The position numbers and the translations under genes are program-made. Under the pieces are notes generated by a model. It ran no database searches, was not told the origin of the DNA, and worked only from the letters and a program-made list of their open reading frames with translations. Shown piece by piece: positions 1-7,736 of a DNA stretch of 64,000 nucleotides. Numbering within the stretch: position 1 is the first letter of the stretch; each line of letters starts with the position of its first letter. The stretch is from a virus (taxonomy: Duplodnaviria > Caudoviricetes), in the IMG/VR virus record IMGVR_UViG_2974555739_000001, positions 1-64,000 of that record; one strand, given 5' to 3'.

Positions 1-485
1 CTTCAGCTCGCGCGATCTGTTACCCTAACCGCTGTTATGGCCTAAAAAAATGCTTAAAAAAAGATGTGTAAATGTTGGGCCACATCTAACCTTGTATATG
101 GGCTTCTTATAAGATAACTTATAGGAAATAAGCAGCGTGGCGGGTACTTTACATTGTTTTTCGTAAAATTTGATAAAAACGTTCCGTACTCCCCACTCCT
201 TCCAACCGGCCATTTTTCCCCTTCGAGTAACTAATTTTTCTCGAATAAATCCCCGAATATTTACGAGTAGTAGCTAATAATAGTCGGATCAGCTACCAGG
301 GGGGTACTTTTACAAATTAGAAATAATCGACTTTTTCTTGATATATCGCGGTTTATTTAAAATTTTTTGTGACATATAGCGAATAATAGCTTCTTATAAT
401 TGTTCGGTAAAATAGGTTAATGCATGTAACGAATAAAATGTGTGTATGATGATAGAAATAACTTACTAGGAAAGGATGATCCGGA

Positions 486-638
486 ATGATGACAAGAGAG
501 CAGCTAATTAAGGAATGTGTGAGGTTAACTTACGAATTAGAAGGTGTAAAAGTAAGCGAAGAAAAGTTCAACGTAATGACAATAGAAAAACTAGTCGTTG
601 AATATAATTGGTTGTGGGAAATGGTACATTTAAAATAA
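486..638 (+). CDS. Hypothetical protein (50 aa, MMTREQLIKECVRL...), not in ORF track
   Basis: Read manually: ATG 486, TAA 636-638, GGAAAGGA RBS upstream. Confidence 0.65.
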   Translation: MMTREQLIKECVRLTYELEGVKVSEEKFNVMTIEKLVVEYNWLWEMVHLK

Positions 639-655
639 AAGGAGCTGGATCAGAA

Positions 656-820
656 ATGTTATGGATTATTTTAGGTGTGTATTTACTTATAGGAATAGGG
701 TTAACAATGTACGCTATTTACGAAACTCCACTATTAGCTAGTGTTTGGATTGTTCCAGTGGTAATGATCTTGTTTTGGCCCTTCTTTTTGATAAGGGAAA
801 TTTATTATAGAATCAAATAA
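656..820 (+). CDS. Small 2-TM membrane protein
   Basis: ORF track 608..820; ATG 656 preceded by AAGGAG; two hydrophobic segments ending in FWP. Confidence 0.65.
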   Translation: MLWIILGVYLLIGIGLTMYAIYETPLLASVWIVPVVMILFWPFFLIREIYYRIK

Positions 821-835
821 GCAAATAACTTATCC

Positions 836-864
836 TTTACAACAAGTTATAGTCCGGTTATAAT
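836..864 (+). promoter_or_regulatory. Sigma-A early promoter
   Basis: TTTACA-N17-TATAAT upstream of ORF 896. Confidence 0.8.
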
Positions 865-895
865 GAAGATAATTCCAATGAGGGGGTAGTTAATT

Positions 896-1360
896 GTGAA
901 AGAAACAGTTAAGTTTTCTGAATTACCAGCTGGTCAATATTTAGGTCATGATGGTAACATCATCACTAAAGAAATCGCTGAATATTTAATCATGAGAGGT
1001 AAATGTGGTGCTTTAGCAACTATTAGCGAAGAATTCATTCAAGATATCCTAGATCAAGCGTATGCTGATTTAAGAAAAGGTATCAAGCAGGATGATTATA
1101 CTTCTGAACAGTTAGGTAAGCCGGTTGAAATTGATGTCATCCCTGGTGAAATCAGATTTAAAGGTGGGACAAAACATTCCGCTTGTTACATTGATTTAAC
1201 AGAAGGAAAAATTTATAAAACTTTATGGTCTGATCCGTATGATCGTGGTTATTATGATGAAGACCGCATAATTACTGTAATTGATGATGTTGGTGATGAA
1301 CATCATATCTTCGAAGGCGATTATACAGTCATATCACTTGTTAATGAACAGGAAGTATAA
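896..1360 (+). CDS. Hypothetical protein
   Basis: 154-aa ORF with GAGGGGG RBS. Confidence 0.7.
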   Translation: MKETVKFSELPAGQYLGHDGNIITKEIAEYLIMRGKCGALATISEEFIQDILDQAYADLRKGIKQDDYTSEQLGKPVEIDVIPGEIRFKGGTKHSACYIDLTEGKIYKTLWSDPYDRGYYDEDRIITVIDDVGDEHHIFEGDYTVISLVNEQEV

Positions 1361-1440
1361 TGATGTTATTCGCTATCGGTATGTTAATCGGAATAGTCAT
1401 TGGATTAGTAGTTGCATTATTAATGGATGAATGGGGGTAA
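1360..1440 (+). CDS. Single-TM peptide (26 aa, MMLFAIGMLIGIVIGLVVALLMDEWG), not in ORF track
   Basis: ATG overlaps upstream stop (TAATG); fills the gap to the next gene. Confidence 0.55.
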   Translation: MMLFAIGMLIGIVIGLVVALLMDEWG

Positions 1441-1801
1441 TGGAGTGAGTAAAGTCGTATTCACTATACGTTTTGAAAAAGGAGATACAGAATCAATCAC
1501 TTCTCATATCGACGGTGAACAGGAAATGGTAGAAATAATCGCTAAAACTCAAGCAAAACATTACTTAAATGATTTCCCTGATGCTGTAAGTGTATCATAT
1601 ATGATTGTCGATGTGATAACATACGGTGTTATTGAACGTGATCCAGTAAAACCTAAACCTGTTAAGATTCACGCTGTAACATTAGCTGAAAAATGCGGCG
1701 GTTGTAGGTTTTATGATACAAAGCAAAAATATTGTAATGAACATGGGATTACCAGGGCATTTGAAGATAACAAATGTAGCTCATGGAGGTATTTCGGATG
1801 A
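1427..1801 (+). CDS. Hypothetical protein with Cys-rich C-terminus (true start perhaps GTG 1445)
   Basis: ORF; CxxC...C...C pattern. Confidence 0.65.
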   Translation: MNGGNGVSKVVFTIRFEKGDTESITSHIDGEQEMVEIIAKTQAKHYLNDFPDAVSVSYMIVDVITYGVIERDPVKPKPVKIHAVTLAEKCGGCRFYDTKQKYCNEHGITRAFEDNKCSSWRYFG

Positions 1802-1977
1802 AACGCAAAGAATTGATCGAACTATTAATGCATCCTTCTTATAACGATGACGATAAAGTAATCATTGAATCTTATACCGAATGTGATTGTGGAGCATTCT
1901 TTGAAGATTTCGAAATAAAGGATGTAGGTAAGGATGGCAAAGGTGATATTTGCTTAGAAAAAGGTGATAAAATATGA
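1783..1977 (+). CDS. Hypothetical protein
   Basis: ORF in coupled run; probable ATG 1798 after GGAGG. Confidence 0.6.
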   Translation: MEVFRMKRKELIELLMHPSYNDDDKVIIESYTECDCGAFFEDFEIKDVGKDGKGDICLEKGDKI

Positions 1978-2351
1978 GTAAATTTAAGCCGCTTGAAGTC
2001 GGTGATCGTGTATTTATCGAAAATAGAGGTTATTACGATACTGGAAGACCTACTTTATGGGAATATGAAGTAATCGAAACGAATAAAAGCAGCGCTTATG
2101 TTAGTCGTATCGTTAATGGAAAGCCTAAAAACACCGATAAAAACCTTTGCAAAAGGATACAACAGAAGGATGGAAAGGTTATTCAAGCATTCGCTGGATA
2201 TAGTGAAAGGTTATGGCTTTCAGAAGAAGCTTTCTTAGATCATCACCATAGAATCGAATTAAAAACACTTTACTTAGAACAGGCTCGTGTGAAATTAACA
2301 AAGATGTCACTTAAAGAGCTAGAAGTATTCTTGGAGGTACACAATGATTAA
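1974..2351 (+). CDS. Hypothetical SH3/KOW-like beta-barrel protein
   Basis: LEVGDRV motif; ATGA overlap with upstream gene. Confidence 0.6.
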   Translation: MSKFKPLEVGDRVFIENRGYYDTGRPTLWEYEVIETNKSSAYVSRIVNGKPKNTDKNLCKRIQQKDGKVIQAFAGYSERLWLSEEAFLDHHHRIELKTLYLEQARVKLTKMSLKELEVFLEVHND

Positions 2352-2697
2352 ATATGATAGAGAAGAATGGTTGTTATCGCTTAAAGAAGGGGATTTAGTT
2401 GCTTTAGAAAGCGGTGGATGGGGATATAAGAATTTCCAGGTAAAGAAAATAGCTAAAATCACTCCAACTAGAAGGTTCAATTTGCTAAATGGAGGTACTT
2501 ACGATAGCAGCGGCTTTAGAATGGGCCATAAAGATAAGTGGAGTGCTAGACCAGCTATTCGCCCATACGATCAGTACGTAAAGGATGTATTAGAAGCTGA
2601 AGGATTAAAGTTAACATTGTCACGAATGAAGGTAAATGAGCTTACTTTGCAGCAATTAAGGGATATAGTTGATGTTTTAGAGAGAACAGCGGATTAA
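2344..2697 (+). CDS. Hypothetical SH3/KOW-like beta-barrel protein
   Basis: LKEGDLV motif; GGAGG RBS. Confidence 0.6.
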   Translation: MIKYDREEWLLSLKEGDLVALESGGWGYKNFQVKKIAKITPTRRFNLLNGGTYDSSGFRMGHKDKWSARPAIRPYDQYVKDVLEAEGLKLTLSRMKVNELTLQQLRDIVDVLERTAD

Positions 2698-2713
2698 ATT
2701 CTGCTGTTTTTTT
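2685..2713 (+). terminator. Rho-independent terminator
   Basis: AACAGCGGA/TTCTGCTGTT stem followed by T-run. Confidence 0.8.
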
Positions 2714-2778
2714 AATTTATGTAAGAATTGTATCAAAGGTGGGTATGGTGTTAGTACAAAGGAGAGTGAGTTGTTAAT

Positions 2779-3015
2779 ATGCCTGAACCGAAAGGAAACT
2801 TAGACATCTGTACTGAAATCAATGGTCAAATCATCTACGTGAACGATATTTTCAAACATCGTGACGTTGATTCTTTCATTCAAATCACTGGAATACAACA
2901 TGACGATGGTAATGTAAACGATACTGAAATTTATTACCTAACAGCTGATGGTGAAAAAGATTGGATGGTTCTTTGCTATCTAATTGAGCATTATGAAAAG
3001 GTGGAGAGATTATGA
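2779..3015 (+). CDS. Hypothetical protein
   Basis: ORF with AAGGAG RBS. Confidence 0.65.
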   Translation: MPEPKGNLDICTEINGQIIYVNDIFKHRDVDSFIQITGIQHDDGNVNDTEIYYLTADGEKDWMVLCYLIEHYEKVERL

Positions 3016-3209
3016 ACGTTCTTGAGCACCATATTAAGTCAGTTATCAGTGTTAAACCTTATACAGCTGAATGGACTAAGGAACATCCACATACTTTCTT
3101 GAAAATTACTTTAGTTGCTAATTGTTATGGACGCGAACAAGAATACAATCTGATCCGGACTGCTGAAGAATGGGAACAGATTGAGAAACAAGGGTATTTT
3201 ATGGGATGA
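3012..3209 (+). CDS. Hypothetical protein
   Basis: Coupled ORF, GGAG RBS. Confidence 0.65.
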   Translation: MNVLEHHIKSVISVKPYTAEWTKEHPHTFLKITLVANCYGREQEYNLIRTAEEWEQIEKQGYFMG

Positions 3210-3388
3210 AGAAGCAGCGATGGAGATTTACGAAGGGTTATTGGGATTGGAAATGTTGGGATTGTGATAAAATAGGATTTAACAAAAGTAAAAAGTGTAA
3301 CGTTCCTAAAGGATGGATTATAGGCGGTCTTGGATACGTTTATGTCATTTGTAAAGAATGTGCTGCTAAAGAAGACGAACTAGATTAA
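3206..3388 (+). CDS. Hypothetical Cys-rich protein
   Basis: CxxC ... CxxC; ATGA overlap. Confidence 0.6.
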   Translation: MKKQRWRFTKGYWDWKCWDCDKIGFNKSKKCNVPKGWIIGGLGYVYVICKECAAKEDELD

Positions 3389-3419
3389 GACATCAGGTTT
3401 AATATCCTGGTGTTTTTTT
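3389..3419 (+). terminator. Rho-independent terminator
   Basis: GACATCAGG/CCTGGTGTT stem plus T7. Confidence 0.8.
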
Positions 3420-3425
3420 CTTGAA

Positions 3426-3469
3426 TAGGAAAAGAAATGCTTGAAAGGCTTGTCTGAAGGGATTATAAT
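3426..3469 (+). promoter_or_regulatory. Sigma-A promoter with conserved 15-nt upstream element
   Basis: TAGGAAAAGAAATGC-TTGAAA-N17-TATAAT. Confidence 0.8.
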
Positions 3470-3509
3470 TAATTTATAACCAAATATTCTTTAAGGGGGT
3501 TATAGTACA

Positions 3510-3710
3510 TTGAAATTTTTGTATTATTTGCTAGGTGCTGCTGCTTTAGTTGTGGGTTCGATGTGTTTCACTGATGCTTACCGTTACATATTGACGGATA
3601 AGTACGATGCTGCTACAGCTGCTATTTTTGGAGGTCTTTTTAATTTATTAGCTTTTGTTGGATGTATGATTTTCGCTTACGAATGTGATAGAAGAAAGGA
3701 TGTTGATTAA
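3510..3710 (+). CDS. Small 2-TM membrane protein
   Basis: Two hydrophobic helices; AAGGGGG RBS. Confidence 0.65.
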   Translation: MKFLYYLLGAAALVVGSMCFTDAYRYILTDKYDAATAAIFGGLFNLLAFVGCMIFAYECDRRKDVD

Positions 3711-4012
3711 TGCCAATCGAAAATAGTAACGGATCAATGCAAGTTCATTTAGGATTTGGTGATGTTGAAATAGGTCACGGTTTATTGACCATAGAAGAAA
3801 CTATAGGTTGTGTTGTTTTCTTCCAGCGAGAAGTAGCTAATCCTATTGGTACGAAAACTGAATATCCTGAAAATTATCAAGTGGAAGTTGAAGAAACACC
3901 CGTAAGAATAACTTTTGATAAATATGAAAGTATAGATGTTCTTATTGATGCATTGAATGATGCTAAACAAATGATGATTGATAAAGACAGGAAGAAAAGA
4001 TTCAATCAATGA
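3710..4012 (+). CDS. Hypothetical protein
   Basis: Coupled ORF. Confidence 0.65.
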   Translation: MPIENSNGSMQVHLGFGDVEIGHGLLTIEETIGCVVFFQREVANPIGTKTEYPENYQVEVEETPVRITFDKYESIDVLIDALNDAKQMMIDKDRKKRFNQ

Positions 4013-4037
4013 CTCATTCCTGGTAAGGCTTTATGAT
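4009..4037 (+). promoter_or_regulatory. Possible sigma-A promoter
   Basis: ATGACT-N17-TATGAT just upstream of AGGAGG RBS. Confidence 0.5.
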
Positions 4038-4048
4038 AGGAGGTTATT

Positions 4049-4288
4049 ATGAAAGATAAAAAAGAATATGGACAAGATTTTTTAACACGTCCACGTAAAA
4101 TGTCAACAGATCAAGAAAAAGTAGCTAATTCAGTCTTCTTGTGGCGATTTGATAAAGAAAATGCTGTATTCACGCTTAGTTATCTAGGTGTAGCTAATGG
4201 AATTCTTAATCGGATCAACTTAATGTTAGCTGCTGAAGTGGAAAACGGATTCATAAATAAATACATGTTAAGAAAGAAGGTAAAATGA
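4049..4288 (+). CDS. Hypothetical protein
   Basis: ORF with AGGAGG RBS. Confidence 0.7.
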   Translation: MKDKKEYGQDFLTRPRKMSTDQEKVANSVFLWRFDKENAVFTLSYLGVANGILNRINLMLAAEVENGFINKYMLRKKVK

Positions 4289-4467
4289 TGGAAGAAGCCA
4301 TTTATTCTTTGCTTTACGCTATTGCTGTAGTTTGTATGGGATATTGTTTTCACCTTTACTTTTCAACAAATAAGTTAAGATCATATCTTTTCATGTTTTT
4401 GGGTTTGTTGCTACTAAATGTTGTTATCGAAATGAGAAATACATTACCTATGTGGTTTAACAACTAA
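4285..4467 (+). CDS. Small 2-TM membrane protein
   Basis: Two hydrophobic segments. Confidence 0.6.
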   Translation: MMEEAIYSLLYAIAVVCMGYCFHLYFSTNKLRSYLFMFLGLLLLNVVIEMRNTLPMWFNN

Positions 4468-4482
4468 TTTGGAGGGGATTAA

Positions 4483-5217
4483 ATGATAAACAGAACAGAC
4501 AGTGAACGTTTAGAAGTGATTATTGAAAAATTAGGCCAAATTGTTGATTTATTAACACCTAAAGAAGTTAAAATTAAATTAGGTGCATCAGAAATGGCCC
4601 AAATTACAGAAAGCAAAAACTCTATAGTCCAAATGGTTAGGGAAAGTTTCGGCCCATCGACTACTGAATCAACACTTCCAATTGGTAAAGTAACATTAGG
4701 TCAACATACTCGTAAGCGAATGATAAAAGCTGCTCAAGATGCTCATAGAATCCTTGCTAGTAACGTTTATTCTAGTCCGGATGGAACAACTTTCATGTAT
4801 GGAGTCATAAAGAATGGTAGACATAAATATATGTGTACAGCTGACTTCATCGTATCTAAAGAAAAGCGAAAAGTTATTTGCTTGATGAAAGAGAAAGATA
4901 CAAATAAAGTTTTAGCTAAAGGAATATCTAAATGTGATCCAGCAGATGTATTTAACGTTGATATCGGTATGGCAATTGCTTTATACCGCGCTTTAGGATT
5001 GGTTGTACCTAGTAATTACTTTGAAATAGCTAATCCTACTGAATATGAAGCTGGTCAAATTGTTCAATGGGCTGAAGGATTTCCGTTTCTTGTAGTAGCT
5101 ACTGATGGTGATTACGCTGACTTCAGGAGAGTGCATGACGGTAAAGAATTCAATAATTTTTGGTTTAGAAAAGAAACTAGTCCAGCTAAAATAATCGAAG
5201 ATGGAGTTGAAGTGTGA
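4483..5217 (+). CDS. Hypothetical phage protein
   Basis: 244-aa ORF, GGAGGG RBS; AKGISKCDPADVFNVDIGMAIAL motif of a type common in uncharacterised Firmicute phage proteins. Confidence 0.7.
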   Translation: MINRTDSERLEVIIEKLGQIVDLLTPKEVKIKLGASEMAQITESKNSIVQMVRESFGPSTTESTLPIGKVTLGQHTRKRMIKAAQDAHRILASNVYSSPDGTTFMYGVIKNGRHKYMCTADFIVSKEKRKVICLMKEKDTNKVLAKGISKCDPADVFNVDIGMAIALYRALGLVVPSNYFEIANPTEYEAGQIVQWAEGFPFLVVATDGDYADFRRVHDGKEFNNFWFRKETSPAKIIEDGVEV

Positions 5218-5462
5218 TGGATATTATAACAACACTGGAAATCGTCGTTAAAGTTATCGGTGCTTCACTTGTAATACTAGGTGGAATTTTTGGTTTAATG
5301 ATGACCAAACATGCTATAAGTATTATCGCAAAAGAAGAACCTAAAAATTTAAGTTTTGAAAAAGCAATGGATATTCGCGTTGCATACATCATGAATATGG
5401 TAACTGCTATTTTCTTTTATATAATGTCTTTAGCTGGACTGATTATGATTTGCGTTTCTTAG
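5214..5462 (+). CDS. Small 2-TM membrane protein
   Basis: Two hydrophobic helices. Confidence 0.6.
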   Translation: MMDIITTLEIVVKVIGASLVILGGIFGLMMTKHAISIIAKEEPKNLSFEKAMDIRVAYIMNMVTAIFFYIMSLAGLIMICVS

Positions 5463-5463
5463 A

Positions 5464-5492
5464 TTGACAAGTTATAGGGCTGTATGTACAAT
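5464..5492 (+). promoter_or_regulatory. Sigma-A promoter overlapping a terminator
   Basis: TTGACA-N17-TACAAT. Confidence 0.8.
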
Positions 5493-5512
5493 ATGTATGT
5501 ACGGCTCTTTTT
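5477..5512 (+). terminator. Rho-independent terminator
   Basis: GGGCTGTATGTACA/TGTATGTACGGCTC stem (with G-U pairs) plus T-run. Confidence 0.65.
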
Positions 5513-5545
5513 ATTTGGCCTTACCGACAAAGAGAGGATGATTAG

Positions 5546-5731
5546 ATGTCATTACAAACGATCTTATTAGTTGCTACTATTCTTTATTTAATCTATGGCG
5601 CTTATTGTGCTAAAAGGTTGTATGAAAACAGTCCTAGAGAATGGATTGATGTATTTTTCGGTGCTTCATGTGTTATCTTTTGGTTTCCATACGCTATATT
5701 CGGTAATGTATTCTTTAAAAACAAGGACTGA
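5546..5731 (+). CDS. Small 2-TM membrane protein, probable paralogue of 656..820
   Basis: Y-L-x-x-G ... FWxP pattern shared with 656..820. Confidence 0.6.
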   Translation: MSLQTILLVATILYLIYGAYCAKRLYENSPREWIDVFFGASCVIFWFPYAIFGNVFFKNKD

Positions 5732-5750
5732 TTAATTTCAGTCTTTTTTT
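5724..5750 (+). terminator. Rho-independent terminator
   Basis: AGGACTGA/TCAGTCTT stem plus T-run. Confidence 0.8.
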
Positions 5751-5757
5751 ATTTGCT

Positions 5758-5801
5758 TAGAAAAAGAAATCCTGGTACATATTACATATTGGTTGTATAA
5801 T
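5758..5801 (+). promoter_or_regulatory. Sigma-A-type promoter with poor -35 and conserved upstream element
   Basis: TAGAAAAAGAAATCC-TGGTAC-N17-TATAAT. Confidence 0.6.
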
Positions 5802-5809
5802 GGTTATAA

Positions 5810-6010
5810 ATGAATGGAGGTTGTCCAATGAAGAAATGCTGTTACATTAATTGTGACAAGGATTCAACAGTCCAGGGATTTGTTTATGGTCATCACAAAG
5901 GCGAAGATGGAGAGGATTCACTTATTCCTGTATCCGCTTGTGACGAACATAGTAAAAACAAAAGTTTCTTTCCTAATATATTTTACGCGAAGAAAGAAGG
6001 TAACGAATAA
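5810..6010 (+). CDS. Hypothetical Cys/His-rich protein
   Basis: CCxxxC ... CxxH; GGAGG RBS before internal ATG (MKKCC). Confidence 0.6.
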   Translation: MNGGCPMKKCCYINCDKDSTVQGFVYGHHKGEDGEDSLIPVSACDEHSKNKSFFPNIFYAKKEGNE

Positions 6011-6210
6011 TGGCTGATAAAGTTTCTGATGTAATGTACGCTGCTGTCCATAAGGAATTAAAGAAGTTCTTTGTCGGATCAGGCACTAAAGTAGCATTTT
6101 CTAAAAAACATCATCTTAAAACATCAATGACGTGTCGTGAAGCTAGTCATGATGATTACGAATTTTATGTTATTACTTCTGATGGTGTTATGATGCAAGT
6201 TGAAGCTTAA
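6010..6210 (+). CDS. Hypothetical protein
   Basis: Coupled ORF. Confidence 0.6.
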   Translation: MADKVSDVMYAAVHKELKKFFVGSGTKVAFSKKHHLKTSMTCREASHDDYEFYVITSDGVMMQVEA

Positions 6211-6214
6211 TTTA

Positions 6215-6243
6215 TTGACATTTTTACGGATAAGCTGCATACT
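6215..6243 (+). promoter_or_regulatory. Sigma-A promoter
   Basis: TTGACA-N17-CATACT. Confidence 0.65.
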
Positions 6244-6266
6244 ATTTATTAAAGGAGCTGGTAAAG

Positions 6267-6392
6267 ATGAAAAATAACAAGTACGTCAAGAAAACGAAAC
6301 GTGTTTTGTGGGACGGATCAATGATTATGTGTTTAGTCATCTTCTTCTTTATGGCAATAGGTGGATTAATATATTTCATTTCGAACCTCTAA
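6267..6392 (+). CDS. Single-TM peptide (41 aa, MKNNKYVKKTKRVLW...), not in ORF track
   Basis: AAGGAG RBS; basic N-terminus then hydrophobic helix; own promoter and terminator. Confidence 0.65.
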   Translation: MKNNKYVKKTKRVLWDGSMIMCLVIFFFMAIGGLIYFISNL

Positions 6393-6412
6393 TTAATTTT
6401 AGAGGTTTTTTT
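6384..6412 (+). terminator. Rho-independent terminator
   Basis: AACCTCTAA/TTAGAGGTT stem plus T-run. Confidence 0.75.
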
Positions 6413-6420
6413 ATTTTGTA

Positions 6421-6464
6421 TAGAAAAAGGAACGCTTGAACTGTATTACTATCTGTTATAAAAT
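6421..6464 (+). promoter_or_regulatory. Sigma-A promoter with conserved upstream element
   Basis: TAGAAAAAGGAACGC-TTGAAC-N17-TAAAAT. Confidence 0.75.
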
Positions 6465-6485
6465 AGTAAAAGAGGTGATACAAGG

Positions 6486-7190
6486 ATGGCAAGCCGTAAA
6501 AAAACAGGGATAGATCAAACTAAATTAATTAGTGTAATGAAAAAGTTCATTGGTACAAGGAAAACTGATCCTGAATATACAAAATGTTTCAAAATCGAAA
6601 ACAATGTTGATTACCTAGCTGCTGATTTAATTAATAATGGTGGACTAGCTGCTCACATCTACTTGAAGAACCGCGAATTATGGAAGAAGGAAACAGGTGA
6701 AGTTAAATTCGCTTTCCCTAAAGATAAAGACAAAATGGATATAGTACAATTCGTGCCTGAATATCCGGATGTAAAAAGTGTTTTTGGCCCTGACTTCCTG
6801 GAAGGTTATGTTGGTTATAAGATCAATGATGAAGATGTAGATAAGTTCATAAAACTTCACGAAGCGATGGAAAAGATAGCGAAAATGAGCAGCAAGGACT
6901 TCGTTACAGTTCTTAACGCTTCAAATGGTAGGATGTTATTCACTGTAGCTCATTCAGATGTTGAATTAAGTTGGGTTTATAACGCTGAAGTTGAAGGGCC
7001 GAACAATACGTTTGGTTATCCTTATGATCCGTCAATTATGGTTAATGCATTCAAAGCATTGAAGGATTTAAAAGCCGAAAACATAAAGATGCACTTAAAA
7101 GACAATGTTAGTCCTATCTTTTTTACTGCTATTGATAACGATTACGAAATGAATATTGCTGTTCAAAGAGTTCTTATGAGGGAGGGCTAA
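6486..7190 (+). CDS. Two-domain sliding-clamp (DNA Pol III beta-like) protein
   Basis: EYPDVKSVF resembles the clamp (R/K)(F/Y)PDY motif; C-terminal KAENIKMHLKDNVSPIFF resembles the DnaN domain-3 end (E. coli KCENVRMMLTDSVSSV). Confidence 0.65.
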   Translation: MASRKKTGIDQTKLISVMKKFIGTRKTDPEYTKCFKIENNVDYLAADLINNGGLAAHIYLKNRELWKKETGEVKFAFPKDKDKMDIVQFVPEYPDVKSVFGPDFLEGYVGYKINDEDVDKFIKLHEAMEKIAKMSSKDFVTVLNASNGRMLFTVAHSDVELSWVYNAEVEGPNNTFGYPYDPSIMVNAFKALKDLKAENIKMHLKDNVSPIFFTAIDNDYEMNIAVQRVLMREG

Positions 7191-7192
7191 GA

Positions 7193-7549
7193 ATGTTAGA
7201 AAAACACATTCCAATGTTTGATGAAGGTGAAGTGGTTATAACTGAAAGTGGACAAGTTGGTAAGATTGTCGGTATGAACTTTGATATCCGCTTTCGAAAG
7301 GGCCGCCGCTGGAAGAATGAAAAATACTTAGTTAAATTTCAAGATGATTCTCAAGATTGGATAAAGTACGATGAAATTGAATTGTATGTAGAAGCTGAAC
7401 ACGATCCAATCCAAGCTATTGACAGCATTAACGGCTTGCTGCAAGATTGTTTATTGTTATCAACAAACGTTCCGCTAGATGTTCGTATCAAGACTATCAA
7501 AGAAATGCAAAAGGGCATTGAAGGTGAGGATAAGGTGTATGGAATATAA
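7193..7549 (+). CDS. Hypothetical protein, SH3-like N-terminus
   Basis: FDEGEVVITESGQVGKIV motif. Confidence 0.6.
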   Translation: MLEKHIPMFDEGEVVITESGQVGKIVGMNFDIRFRKGRRWKNEKYLVKFQDDSQDWIKYDEIELYVEAEHDPIQAIDSINGLLQDCLLLSTNVPLDVRIKTIKEMQKGIEGEDKVYGI

Positions 7550-7736
7550 AATGACTGTTACTTTCAACAACGAAGAGGTTAAAGTTTTTAGAGTCCCTTT
7601 CGGTGCTCACGATTTAAGTATGTACATGAGTCACGAATTAGATGCAATTATCTTTGATGATGAAAATGATGAAGAACAAGTTATCTTTAACAATTCAATC
7701 CAACGGATTACGTTCAGTGTGTGCGATGACGATTAA
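7479..7736 (+). CDS. Hypothetical protein (true start probably internal)
   Basis: Coupled ORF. Confidence 0.55.
   Translation: MFVSRLSKKCKRALKVRIRCMEYKMTVTFNNEEVKVFRVPFGAHDLSMYMSHELDAIIFDDENDEEQVIFNNSIQRITFSVCDDD

Noticed and set aside
25-213. 62-aa minus-strand ORF at the left end
   Set aside because: No RBS, lies in a repeat-rich non-coding region, opposite to neighbouring genes
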